DNA of 64,000 nucleotides from an uncultured Prevotella sp. (GCA_905235835.1 CAJONQ010000028.1:10197-74196), one strand, 5' to 3'. Positions 10,109 to 17,923 are shown, counted from the first letter of the stretch. Program-made: numbers and translations. The notes: a model not told the origin generated them from the letters alone.

Positions 10109-10255
10109 ATGAATAAAACATATGAAAAACCCTCATTAAAGGTTTTTGAAATAGAGGATAAGTACTTAGTTTTGTTAACAACTAGTACGAATCCATCATT
10201 TCCTGATTTAGACCCAGAACCAACTCCAGATCCATATCCTTACCCAATAGGCTAA
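10109..10255 (+). CDS. 48-aa hypothetical peptide with a proline-rich tail (below the ORF-track cutoff)
   Basis: ATG 12 nt after the upstream stop. Sequence MNKTYEKPSLKVFEIEDKYLVLLTTSTNPSFPDLDPEPTPDPYPYPIG. A strong terminator follows at 10279-10315, so the ORF lies inside the transcript. Confidence 0.4.
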   Translation: MNKTYEKPSLKVFEIEDKYLVLLTTSTNPSFPDLDPEPTPDPYPYPIG

Positions 10256-10278
10256 TATACTCAAATACTCTTTATTAT

Positions 10279-10315
10279 AACGACTGGCAGAGCAACAACT
10301 TTGCCAGTCGTTTTT
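10279..10315 (+). terminator. intrinsic terminator after the T9SS gene and small ORF
   Basis: 11-bp stem aacgactggca/tgccagtcgtt, a 12-nt loop and a T run. Confidence 0.75.
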
Positions 10316-10337
10316 CCCTACACGTATTTTTTTAAAC

Positions 10338-10418
10338 CCTTGCCACCGTTGCCGCCTTGCAAAACTATTTGACTGTCAGGGGATTGCTGGTGACAAGGAA
10401 GCGGCAACGGTGACAAGG
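10338..10418. repeat. imperfect 18-bp inverted repeat (ccttgccaccgttgccgc / gcggcaacggtgacaagg)
   Basis: 17/18 complementary arms about 45 bp apart. The right arm is embedded in a direct repeat ggtgacaaggaa x2. Confidence 0.7.
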
Positions 10419-10532
10419 AAATGCGATTTTGCTGCAAAAACGGGTAAAAAACGTGTTTAAAACAGACTCCTATTTGTCTTTTGGGAGAGAGAAGGCATCC
10501 CGATCAACGATAGGAGGCTTTCCGATCAAAGA

Positions 10533-10695
10533 TTGGAATCAAGGGGATTCCATATTCCACCCTATGGAACAAGTTATTCCACCCCATGGAACAAAGTGTT
10601 CCATGCCATGGAACAAAATGTTCCACCCCATGGAACAAACAGGAAGGTGCCGGCTCCAAGGGATGAAGGTGCCGGCTCCAAGGGATGAAGGGGTG
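10533..10695. repeat. 22-bp-periodic tandem array: 4-5 TTCCA-N5-TGGAA palindromic units, then 2.4 units of gaaggtgccggctccaagggat
   Basis: Unit starts at 10555, 10577, 10599, 10621, 10643, 10665 and 10687, spaced exactly 22 bp. A degenerate unit sits at 10533. Confidence 0.9.
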
Positions 10696-10752
10696 ATTAA
10701 CTATATCTTAAGCAAATGAATTTCTGAACACACAGCAGTTTTTCGCTGTTTC

Positions 10753-11358
10753 TCATTCACTGGTAAGATCCTCTATCTGGTCGATAATCTCCTGATACTG
10801 ACGCTGGGTCTTGAAGTGGAGAGAGAATCCGAAGATAGCACCAATAATACCCCCGATACATCCTCCCCAGAAAAGACTTTTTCCAAGGGCATCCTGATGG
10901 AGCATATATGACTCATACATAAACCAGCCGAGGAAGACGACGATGAGGGGAATGCCGACGAAGAGCCAGTTGGCATCGAACTTCTTGGCGCGAGCCATAC
11001 GACGACGGACATCCACGAGATTATTCGTCATCATGTTCGAGTCGCTCAGGTTCCTGCTGTTATAATAGGTGCCTCCCAAGCAAAAAAGCATCACGATGCA
11101 GGTGAAAATCCAGAAAGGTATAGAGAAACCTGACAGCATCACGAATGCCCAGTAGCTATAGGGAATCATCAGCAGACAAAGCACCATGATAGCATAATAT
11201 CTTCGGCTGATGTTTCCAGCGGTTTTCTTCATCGACTGTCGGATGATGCGGTCGTTGACGATCTCCTGCTGCTGGAGTTTCTTCTTCAGTGTGTTCAGCT
11301 GCTGGCGCATCTCCTCAAACTGAGCCTCGTTCGTGTTGTTTTGAATTTCGTTGTTCAT
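10753..11358 (-). CDS. membrane protein downstream of the ECF sigma factor (possible anti-sigma partner)
   Basis: 201 aa. N-terminal coiled-coil followed by 4 predicted TM helices. Lies 12 nt downstream of the sigma gene on the same strand. Confidence 0.55.
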   Translation of the reverse strand: MNNEIQNNTNEAQFEEMRQQLNTLKKKLQQQEIVNDRIIRQSMKKTAGNISRRYYAIMVLCLLMIPYSYWAFVMLSGFSIPFWIFTCIVMLFCLGGTYYNSRNLSDSNMMTNNLVDVRRRMARAKKFDANWLFVGIPLIVVFLGWFMYESYMLHQDALGKSLFWGGCIGGIIGAIFGFSLHFKTQRQYQEIIDQIEDLTSE

Positions 11359-11370
11359 AATGGGTGAATT

Positions 11371-11850
11371 TTAATCGTTTGACATTTGTTTTAACTGCTC
11401 GCGGATCCTGAACAGACGGACACTGACGTTCTTAGTCGTGATACCGATGATCTGACCGATTTCCTCATAAGAGAGGTTTTCAAGCCAGAGCAGGACGATT
11501 GCTCTGTCGAAGGGTTGCAATTTGGAGATACGCTTGTGGAGCATGTCCACCTGACGGGTATCCTCGTCACGGTCTTCAAAGAGGTTGATGTCCATGGTCA
11601 GTCGGACGGTGGCAGAACGGCGTTTCTTCCTGTCGAGGGAGATGCAGGTGTTCAGTGCCACCCGATAGATCCACGTCCTGATGTCTGAGCGATGCTCGAA
11701 GCCTTCGAAACCTTTCCAAAGATTGACTAGTACCTCCTGGAAGAGGTCGTTGACCTCGTCGGCATCTTGCGAGAACATGTAGCACACGGTATAAATGGTG
11801 TTCTTGTGTTCCGCTACGGTTTGCGCAAATTGTTGCTCTAATGCATTCAT
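11371..11850 (-). CDS. RNA polymerase ECF-type sigma-70 factor
   Basis: 159 aa. Region 2 (DLFQEVLVNLWKGFEGF) and region 4 HTH (LSYEEIGQIIGITTKNVSVRLFR). Confidence 0.85.
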   Translation of the reverse strand: MNALEQQFAQTVAEHKNTIYTVCYMFSQDADEVNDLFQEVLVNLWKGFEGFEHRSDIRTWIYRVALNTCISLDRKKRRSATVRLTMDINLFEDRDEDTRQVDMLHKRISKLQPFDRAIVLLWLENLSYEEIGQIIGITTKNVSVRLFRIREQLKQMSND

Positions 11851-11889
11851 TGTCTTGTCTGTTCAATTGATTTTGCCCATTAGACGCAA

Positions 11890-11897
11890 CAAAGATA
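11890..11897 (-). promoter_or_regulatory. -7 box TATCTTTG for the sigma factor operon
   Basis: Reverse complement of caaagata. Confidence 0.55.
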
Positions 11898-11982
11898 CGA
11901 AAAACTACACGAAAACAGAAAAAATAATCGTCTCTATCGGGGGAACGTGATACGAACATGCAACTATTTGCAGAAAATATCG

Positions 11983-11990
11983 TATCTTTG
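11983..11990 (+). promoter_or_regulatory. -7 box TATCTTTG for the HAD hydrolase gene
   Basis: 24 nt upstream of ATG 12015. Confidence 0.6.
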
Positions 11991-12014
11991 CAGCAAGTTA
12001 AATAGTCACTCTTT

Positions 12015-12803
12015 ATGAGCAAAAGATATGCCCTTTTCTTCGATATTGACGGTACACTGGTCAGTTTCAAGACGCATGAGATACCACCGTCAACCATCTT
12101 TGCCCTGACACAGGCGAAGGCTAACGGACATCATGTGTATATCGCCACTGGCAGACCACCTATTATCATTACGAACCTTGGCGCCATCGAACACCTCATT
12201 GACGGATATATCACGACGAATGGTGCTTTGTGCTTCGTAGGGGACGAGTTCGTCACCTACCAACCTATTCCCAAAAGTGATGTGATGACGATTGTTGAGG
12301 ATGCGGAAACAAAGGGATATAGTCTCATCGTCGTTGGCAAGAAAGACGTTGCCGTCCTTGACCCTACAGGTGATGTGCACCGTATCTTCCAGCAGATGCT
12401 TGCCGTCAAGAACCTGGACAAGGCTTCTCCTCTGGAGGAGGTCCTGAAGCAGGATATCTTGCAGATGACCCCTTTCTTCCCTCCTGATTACGAGCAGCAA
12501 CTGATGGCACGCTTACCCCATTGTATCTCTGGTCGTTGGCATCCCGAGTTTACGGATATCACGGCAAACGGAGCAGATAAGGGAAAGGGTATCGAAGCCA
12601 TTGCCCGTCATGACGGGCTTGATATCAGTCAGACCATTGCTTTTGGTGATGGTGGCAACGACACATCCATGATTCTACAGGCGGGTATCGGTATTGCCAT
12701 GGGAAACGCCATCGATGAGTTGAAGCAGCAAGCCGACTATGTCACCACCTCTGTCGATGACGAGGGCATCCTCCATGCCCTCCGCCACTATGGTATCGTC
12801 TGA
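12015..12803 (+). CDS. Cof-type HAD-IIB family hydrolase
   Basis: 262 aa. Motif I FFDIDGTL, with late motifs GDGGND and AMGNA. Confidence 0.88.
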   Translation: MSKRYALFFDIDGTLVSFKTHEIPPSTIFALTQAKANGHHVYIATGRPPIIITNLGAIEHLIDGYITTNGALCFVGDEFVTYQPIPKSDVMTIVEDAETKGYSLIVVGKKDVAVLDPTGDVHRIFQQMLAVKNLDKASPLEEVLKQDILQMTPFFPPDYEQQLMARLPHCISGRWHPEFTDITANGADKGKGIEAIARHDGLDISQTIAFGDGGNDTSMILQAGIGIAMGNAIDELKQQADYVTTSVDDEGILHALRHYGIV

Positions 12804-13080
12804 TTAGGAATTTCTATGAAATCAGTCTTTTCTTGTTTTATAACCAAGTATAGAAAAGAGATGAAGATAAAACTTCTTAATCCAGATAGAATGACTCCCG
12901 AGCAGGTGATCTTGTTTCGGGATGACGTGGTGAATAAGGAGGGACGTACCGCTCCCGGATGGAGTCGCCAGCGTATGCTACTGGAACAAGAAGGGGTGAG
13001 TTTCAAGTCTAACGGTCATGTAGACCATCTATGGGAACCAGAAGTAACACTATAGACAAGGGAAAGAACGACCTTGTTGA

Positions 13081-13224
13081 TTACCGCACTACTTTCTTAC
13101 CATTCTGAATATAGATGGCACGCTGACCATGCTGTGGTTGCCGGCGACGTCCTAAGAGGTCGTAGTACTCTGTGGCATGTTGCTTATTGACAGTTGGCAA
13201 AGATACAACTTTTTCCAAAACCAT
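13081..13224 (-). pseudogene. remnant of a T9SS C-terminal sorting domain (47-aa ORF)
   Basis: The minus strand reads ...EYYDLLGRRRQPQHGQRAIYIQNGKKVVR*, which resembles the extreme C-terminus of Por-secretion tails (compare GIYVNNGKKVIIK* at 10096). No upstream domain is present. A promoter box overlaps the ORF start. Confidence 0.4.
13198..13205 (-). promoter_or_regulatory. -7 box TATCTTTG pointing into the CTD remnant
   Basis: Reverse complement of caaagata. The flanks resemble the msrA promoter (gcaaag[ag]tacaactttttcc). Confidence 0.45.
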
Positions 13225-13248
13225 GTTTGTTTATTCAGAAAGAATTAC

Positions 13249-13256
13249 TATATTTG
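13249..13256 (+). promoter_or_regulatory. -7 box TATATTTG for the secreted repeat protein gene
   Basis: 47 nt upstream of ATG 13304. Confidence 0.55.
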
Positions 13257-13303
13257 CAGACAGAAAGATGTAAACCAATATTAATAATAAAACTATAGAG
13301 ATT

Positions 13304-14398
13304 ATGAGACATTTATTTTCTTCACGTTTTATGCGTATTTCAATGGTCTTCGTATTGGCACTTGGTATTTGCAACGAGACTAACGCCCAGTTTGGTGGTT
13401 TGCTGAATGCAGCCAAGCGGAAGGCGAAAGAAGCAGTCACTAACAAAGCGACCGATGTAGTCACTAACAAAGCGACCGATGTAGTTAATAACAAAGCGAC
13501 CGATGCAGTTAATAACAAGGCGAACGATGCAGCCAACACTGCTGTGAATGGTAACATCATCCCGCTTTACTATACCAATGGCAATCCCATGGGAGAGTGG
13601 AATCCAGAGACTCGTCAGTACACCCAGATCGGTAAGGTAGGTAATGAGTACAAGCGGGCACATGTCTATACTTTCCAGAGTAACGGTTCTGTGGTGGTAG
13701 GTGATGGGCGACGGATTGGTGAGATTCTGCCAGACGGTACGATGAATACTGCTCAGACACAGGGTATCAAATACAACCCACAGACTGGGGAGGTGACTCG
13801 CAATGGTGAGTGGTATGGTAAGATTGACGACAGCGGTATGTACCTCTTTAACGACAAGATGGGATGGGCACAAGCAGCCATGGACAAGCAGATACAGGCT
13901 TTCATCCTGTTTAACCTTATTGCCACTAACGAGATGCTCACTGAGTTTAAGCAGAAGTATGACGAGAAAGTGAAATTCAATCAAGAGATGCGTCAGCAAC
14001 AGATTGCTAATGCTAAGGCTGACGAAGCCGCTTCGCGGTCAGGTGGCTCCGCAGGTGCTGTGAAACTCTGGAAGGGAGGAAGCACTGTTGGTGAGATCCG
14101 TAGTAACAACGAGGTATGGTTAAGAGGTTCTAATCGTGGTAAGATCGAAAACAACGGCAATATCTGGGTAGGTGGCAGCGTGGCTGGTCAGATACTTTCC
14201 AATGGTGATATCAGGAAAGGCGGCTCCATTGTTGGTAAGGTACAAGGAGGCAAGGTATGGCTGGGCGGCTCTATCGTTGGTGAGATCCGTCAAAACGGTG
14301 ATGTTGTCAAGGGTGGTTCCGTGATTGGTCGTGCCGAGGGCATGAAGGATGCCAGAAAGGTAGCCGTTGTTTATTTCTTTGGTTTCTATAATCTCTGA
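13304..14398 (+). CDS. secreted repeat protein of unknown function
   Basis: Signal peptide ending NAQ. N-terminal VTNKATD-type 8-aa repeats. C-terminal six copies of a roughly 16-aa GGSxVGxIxxNGxV unit, suggesting a beta-solenoid-like fold. Confidence 0.7.
   Translation: MRHLFSSRFMRISMVFVLALGICNETNAQFGGLLNAAKRKAKEAVTNKATDVVTNKATDVVNNKATDAVNNKANDAANTAVNGNIIPLYYTNGNPMGEWNPETRQYTQIGKVGNEYKRAHVYTFQSNGSVVVGDGRRIGEILPDGTMNTAQTQGIKYNPQTGEVTRNGEWYGKIDDSGMYLFNDKMGWAQAAMDKQIQAFILFNLIATNEMLTEFKQKYDEKVKFNQEMRQQQIANAKADEAASRSGGSAGAVKLWKGGSTVGEIRSNNEVWLRGSNRGKIENNGNIWVGGSVAGQILSNGDIRKGGSIVGKVQGGKVWLGGSIVGEIRQNGDVVKGGSVIGRAEGMKDARKVAVVYFFGFYNL
13436..13531 (+). repeat. 4 x 24-bp tandem repeat inside the CDS
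   Basis: gtcactaacaaagcgaccgatgta x2, followed by two diverged copies. Encodes (V)TNKATDV repeats. Confidence 0.9.
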
Positions 14399-14408
14399 TT
14401 ATTATAAT

Positions 14409-14915
14409 ATGAAAAGGTTATTTGTTATCTTAACAATGGCATTGTCTGTCATCACCATCTCTGCTCAGCGGATTGTTGCTTATATCACAGACACTGATGG
14501 TCCTTTCACCAATATTAGGAATGCCCCTAAAGGAAAAGTCATTGGGAAAATCAGTACTAAACAGTCGGTGATAGTCACCTTGGAGAACTATACCAATGGC
14601 TGGTGGAAATTGGTAGGACTGCCAGAGGATGCTGAGGAGGCAAAAGACATCCCGTTGGCTTACTCACCTTCAGGTTATTGGATTCACTATTCCGTAGTGG
14701 GTTTCAGTACCAGGAACTATGGAGGTCAGACCCTCCATCTACGTCAGTCGCCAGATGCCCATTCCCCTATCGTCTATTCCTTTTCTGGGGAATTACAACT
14801 TCACCCCGTAGGTGTCACAGATGGTTGGATAAAAGTAAAGACTAGTGATGGGAAATACACAGGATGGATAGAGGATGAATGGATCTGCGATAATCCTCTG
14901 ACTAACTGCTGTTAA
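14409..14915 (+). CDS. secreted protein with two SH3b-like domains
   Basis: ORF 14367..14915. Start set at MKRLFVILTMALSVITISAQ. The blocks TNIRNAPKGKVIGKI...GWWKL and LHLRQSPDAHSPIV...GWIKV resemble bacterial SH3 domains. Confidence 0.6.
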   Translation: MKRLFVILTMALSVITISAQRIVAYITDTDGPFTNIRNAPKGKVIGKISTKQSVIVTLENYTNGWWKLVGLPEDAEEAKDIPLAYSPSGYWIHYSVVGFSTRNYGGQTLHLRQSPDAHSPIVYSFSGELQLHPVGVTDGWIKVKTSDGKYTGWIEDEWICDNPLTNCC

Positions 14916-14918
14916 GCT

Positions 14919-15181
14919 ATGAGGAGATTAGTATTCATGACATTGCTGATGGTCTGGGTGCTGACAACCAGTGCCCAGACCTATCCGCCCAAGGACACCC
15001 CCCAGTTGGAGTTCGCCCTCCAACTGCGAGTGACCCTACTTTCTATTTCAAGGCTGCACCCCAATTCGAGGCACCTGCTGACAGCCGTTATGGTTGGCTG
15101 AACGATGCTCTCTTCATCTGTGCTCCAGAGTGGACACAAGAGTTCAAAGGCATCGTGCTGAATGTGTGGAAAGTGAAATAA
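14919..15181 (+). pseudogene. small secreted protein interrupted by a frameshift near a C6 tract
   Basis: Frame 0 gives the signal peptide MRRLVFMTLLMVWVLTTSAQTYPPKDTP. The -1 frame is open across the whole region with no start codon and ends ...FEAPADSRYGWLNDALFICAPEWTQEFKGIVLNVWKVK* at 15181. C6 lies at 14998-15003. Confidence 0.5.
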
Positions 15182-15229
15182 TTCAGTGTCTCTTTGCAAC
15201 CAAAGTATTTACTATTAAACCATCAGACA

Positions 15230-15682
15230 ATGAATATTGGAGACAAGGCACCAGAGATTCTGGGCAAGGATGAGAACGGACGTGAGATTCGTCTGAGTGA
15301 CTATAAGGGTAAGAAACTCGTGCTGTACTTCTACCCCAAAGACAATACCAGCGGTTGTACTGCTGAGGCTTGCAGTCTGCGTGATAACTACAAGGAGCTG
15401 CAGGGGGCTGGCTATGAGGTAGTGGGTGTCAGCAAGGACTCCGCTGCCTCCCATCAGAAATTCAAGGAGAAACATGACCTCCCCTTCCCACTGATTGCCG
15501 ACATCGACCATACGCTGCTGGAAGCAATGGGAGCCTGGGGTGAGAAGAATATGTACGGCAAGAAGACGATGGGTACTATCCGCACCACCTTTATTATTAA
15601 TGAGGAGGGTATCATTGAGCAGATCTTCGCCGGCAAACAGGTGAAGACAAAAGAACATGCCGACCAGATACTGAAAAAGTAA
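15230..15682 (+). CDS. bcp: thioredoxin-dependent peroxiredoxin Bcp
   Basis: ORF 15194..15682. Start set at MNIGDKAPE. Motif FYPKDNTSGCTAEAC. Confidence 0.9.
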   Translation: MNIGDKAPEILGKDENGREIRLSDYKGKKLVLYFYPKDNTSGCTAEACSLRDNYKELQGAGYEVVGVSKDSAASHQKFKEKHDLPFPLIADIDHTLLEAMGAWGEKNMYGKKTMGTIRTTFIINEEGIIEQIFAGKQVKTKEHADQILKK

Positions 15683-15715
15683 AATCTGATCGGCATTTCT
15701 AAACCAGTGAACAGT

Positions 15716-16900
15716 TTATGATTCTTGTTTCAGGCGAGCAGCCATTGTCTGTCCTAATGCCTCACATGCTGCTTTGGTCTCTGAGGTCAGGCTCTGCTTG
15801 ATCTCAACAGGCTCGCCAACGGGTTCATAATGCAGTTTTTCCTCATTCCAACGAGCAATCTCACTCACCGCTTTAGAAGCCCAGCCGTAAGAGCCGAACC
15901 AACCTAACAGGTGGTTCTTGATGTCCTTACCAGCTAACTCGGAGAGTAGTACATCCATCTCGTGATAGAGTGCTGTGTTATACGTAGGAGCACCTACGAT
16001 TAATCCCTTATAGCGGAACACATCACGGATGATATAGGAGTGGTGAGTCTTGGAGACATTATACATCACGATATTCTTCACACCAGCCTCAGAGGCAGCA
16101 CGGGCAATCACCTCTGCTGCACGCTCGGTATTGCCATACATCGTACCATAGCAGATGACAAGACCCGGCTCTGTCTCATATTTCGACATACGGTCGTATT
16201 CAGCCACTACCTTATCAATATACTGATGCCATACAGGACCATGTGTAGCACAGATATAGTCGAGTTTCACATCGGCAAGTTTCTTGAGGGCATTCTGTAC
16301 AGGAGTACCATATTTACCCACGATGTTGGAGTAGTAGCGAACCATCTCCAACCAGAAAGTGTCACAGTTAATCTGCTCGTCAACGACACCACCGTTCAAG
16401 GCACCAAAGCAACCAAAGGCATCACCAGAGAAGAGCACGTTGCCACAGAGAGTCACCATGGTCTCAGGCCAGTGTACCATAGGAGTCAATACGAAATTCA
16501 AGGTATGGTTGCCCAGTTCGATGGAATCGCCGTTTTTCACCTCCACAGTACCCTCAGCAATACCATAGAAGCCCTCCATCATCTGGAATGTCTTCTTATT
16601 ACCGATGATCTGGATATTAGGATAGTATTTCTTAATCAAGGCGATAGAACCACTATGGTCTGGTTCCATGTGGTTGATGACCAGATAGTCGATAGGACGG
16701 TCACCTATCACCTCATGGATATGCTCGATGAATTGGGTGAAAAAGTCAACCTCTACCGTATCAATCAGACATGCTTTCTCGTCGTCAATCAGATACGAGT
16801 TATAACTCACACCGTTGGGCAGAGGCCATAAACCCTCGAACAACGACTTGTTACGGTCGTTGACACCCACATAATAGATTTTGTTTGTAATCTCTTGCAT
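15716..16900 (-). CDS. FprA-family A-type flavodiiron protein (metallo-beta-lactamase plus flavodoxin domains)
   Basis: 394 aa. Diiron motif HMEPDHSG and a C-terminal flavodoxin-like domain (VICYGTMYGNTE). Confidence 0.88.
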   Translation of the reverse strand: MQEITNKIYYVGVNDRNKSLFEGLWPLPNGVSYNSYLIDDEKACLIDTVEVDFFTQFIEHIHEVIGDRPIDYLVINHMEPDHSGSIALIKKYYPNIQIIGNKKTFQMMEGFYGIAEGTVEVKNGDSIELGNHTLNFVLTPMVHWPETMVTLCGNVLFSGDAFGCFGALNGGVVDEQINCDTFWLEMVRYYSNIVGKYGTPVQNALKKLADVKLDYICATHGPVWHQYIDKVVAEYDRMSKYETEPGLVICYGTMYGNTERAAEVIARAASEAGVKNIVMYNVSKTHHSYIIRDVFRYKGLIVGAPTYNTALYHEMDVLLSELAGKDIKNHLLGWFGSYGWASKAVSEIARWNEEKLHYEPVGEPVEIKQSLTSETKAACEALGQTMAARLKQES

Positions 16901-17876
16901 AGTCGTTATTGTATTTAATTATTCTTCTATTGCGGACAAAGCTTGTTCCAGTTCTTGCTTCTTTTGTGCTCTCCACAGACACATGATTATTGATGCTTCG
17001 GCAGCATTCCGCGGAGAACTCCAAGGCACTCTGAATCACATTGTCCCATTGGCTCTCTGTCAGTCCATTAACAATTTCCTGTCGAGTGATATTGTTCTTG
17101 ATCAATCCGTAGATAAAACCAGCGTTGAAATTGTCACCAGCTCCTATCGTGCTGACCGTCTTGGTGGCAATGACAGGATACTGTTTGCTGAAGCCATTCT
17201 CTGCCCTGAGTTCAACAGGCTCAGCAGCACGAGTATAAATAAACTTCTTGGTATAGAACGAGATTTGGGAACGATAGACAGCGTCTGGATCGTTTTTCTT
17301 AAAGAGGATATCAAAGTCCTCTGACGAGCCACGCACGATATCAGCGAGTTCCAGATTCTCCAAAAGATTCGGTGTTATCTTCATGACCTCAAGACGATGC
17401 GAGGAGCGGAAATTGACATCATAATAAAGGATGGCACCATGTTGACGAGCATAGTTCAGGAAAGCATATACCTGTGGACGTATGACGGGGTTGAGGGCAA
17501 AGAAACTGCCATAAAGGACGATGTCGTCTGGTTGTATATCAGGATAGATATAATCGATACGATCGTTGGGATGGTCTTTGTAGAAAATGTATTCCGCATC
17601 ATTCTTCTCGTTGAGGAATGCAAGAGACAAAGGTGACTTTGACTCTGGGTAAACATAGATATTAGAGGAGTCTACCCCATTCTTTTCCAAGAAACGAATG
17701 ATATTCCGTCCCACGCGGTCATTACCAGTCTCACTGATCATACTACAATTGACCCCAGAGCGCCCAAGAGATACCACCGCATTGAAAGTGCTGCCACCAG
17801 GTACAGCACTGATAGGCTGCTCATCACGAAAGATGATGTCAAGAACTGTCTCACCGATACCAATAACTTTTCGCAT
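16851..17876 (-). CDS. PfkB-family carbohydrate kinase (fructokinase-like); 3' end uncertain
   Basis: ORF 16851..17960(-). Start MRKVIGIGETVLD lies after a promoter box. Motifs GGSTFN and TIGAGDNFNAG. The last roughly 40 codons overlap fprA by 50 nt and look non-native (see finding). Confidence 0.8.
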   Translation of the reverse strand: MRKVIGIGETVLDIIFRDEQPISAVPGGSTFNAVVSLGRSGVNCSMISETGNDRVGRNIIRFLEKNGVDSSNIYVYPESKSPLSLAFLNEKNDAEYIFYKDHPNDRIDYIYPDIQPDDIVLYGSFFALNPVIRPQVYAFLNYARQHGAILYYDVNFRSSHRLEVMKITPNLLENLELADIVRGSSEDFDILFKKNDPDAVYRSQISFYTKKFIYTRAAEPVELRAENGFSKQYPVIATKTVSTIGAGDNFNAGFIYGLIKNNITRQEIVNGLTESQWDNVIQSALEFSAECCRSINNHVSVESTKEARTGTSFVRNRRIIKYNNDYARDYKQNLLCGCQRP

Positions 17877-17893
17877 ACTATTAGAATTTCCTG

Positions 17894-17901
17894 CAAAGAT
17901 A
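17894..17901 (-). promoter_or_regulatory. -7 box TATCTTTG for the kinase gene
   Basis: Reverse complement of caaagata, 17 nt upstream of ATG 17876. Confidence 0.6.
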
Positions 17902-17923
17902 CAACTATTTTTCAAAAATACGT

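Noticed and set aside
10533-10695. Possible CRISPR array
   Set aside because: The units are contiguous with no spacers and are 22 bp long. There are two unit types, and no cas genes are present in the window.
10429-10719. 96-aa ORF encoding repeated FHPMEQ units
   Set aside because: It is simply the translation of the 22-bp tandem palindrome array. The region sits between two convergent gene ends, with no promoter box and no start context.
12816-13055. 79-aa ORF (MKSVFSCF... / internal start MKIKLLNPDRMTPEQV...) downstream of the HAD hydrolase
   Set aside because: No promoter box, no recognisable family and no signal peptide. It may be real, but I cannot support it from the sequence alone.
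16040-16831. 263-aa ORF antisense to the flavodiiron gene. The same applies to 13340..13999(-), 57767..58387(-), 49736..50302(-) and 54346..54855(-).
   Set aside because: All lie fully inside strongly supported genes on the other strand and have no family motifs.
16971-16977. Single TCTCCAC unit at the suspected kinase frameshift site
   Set aside because: A 7-mer is expected several times by chance in 64 kb, and there is no tandem structure here.
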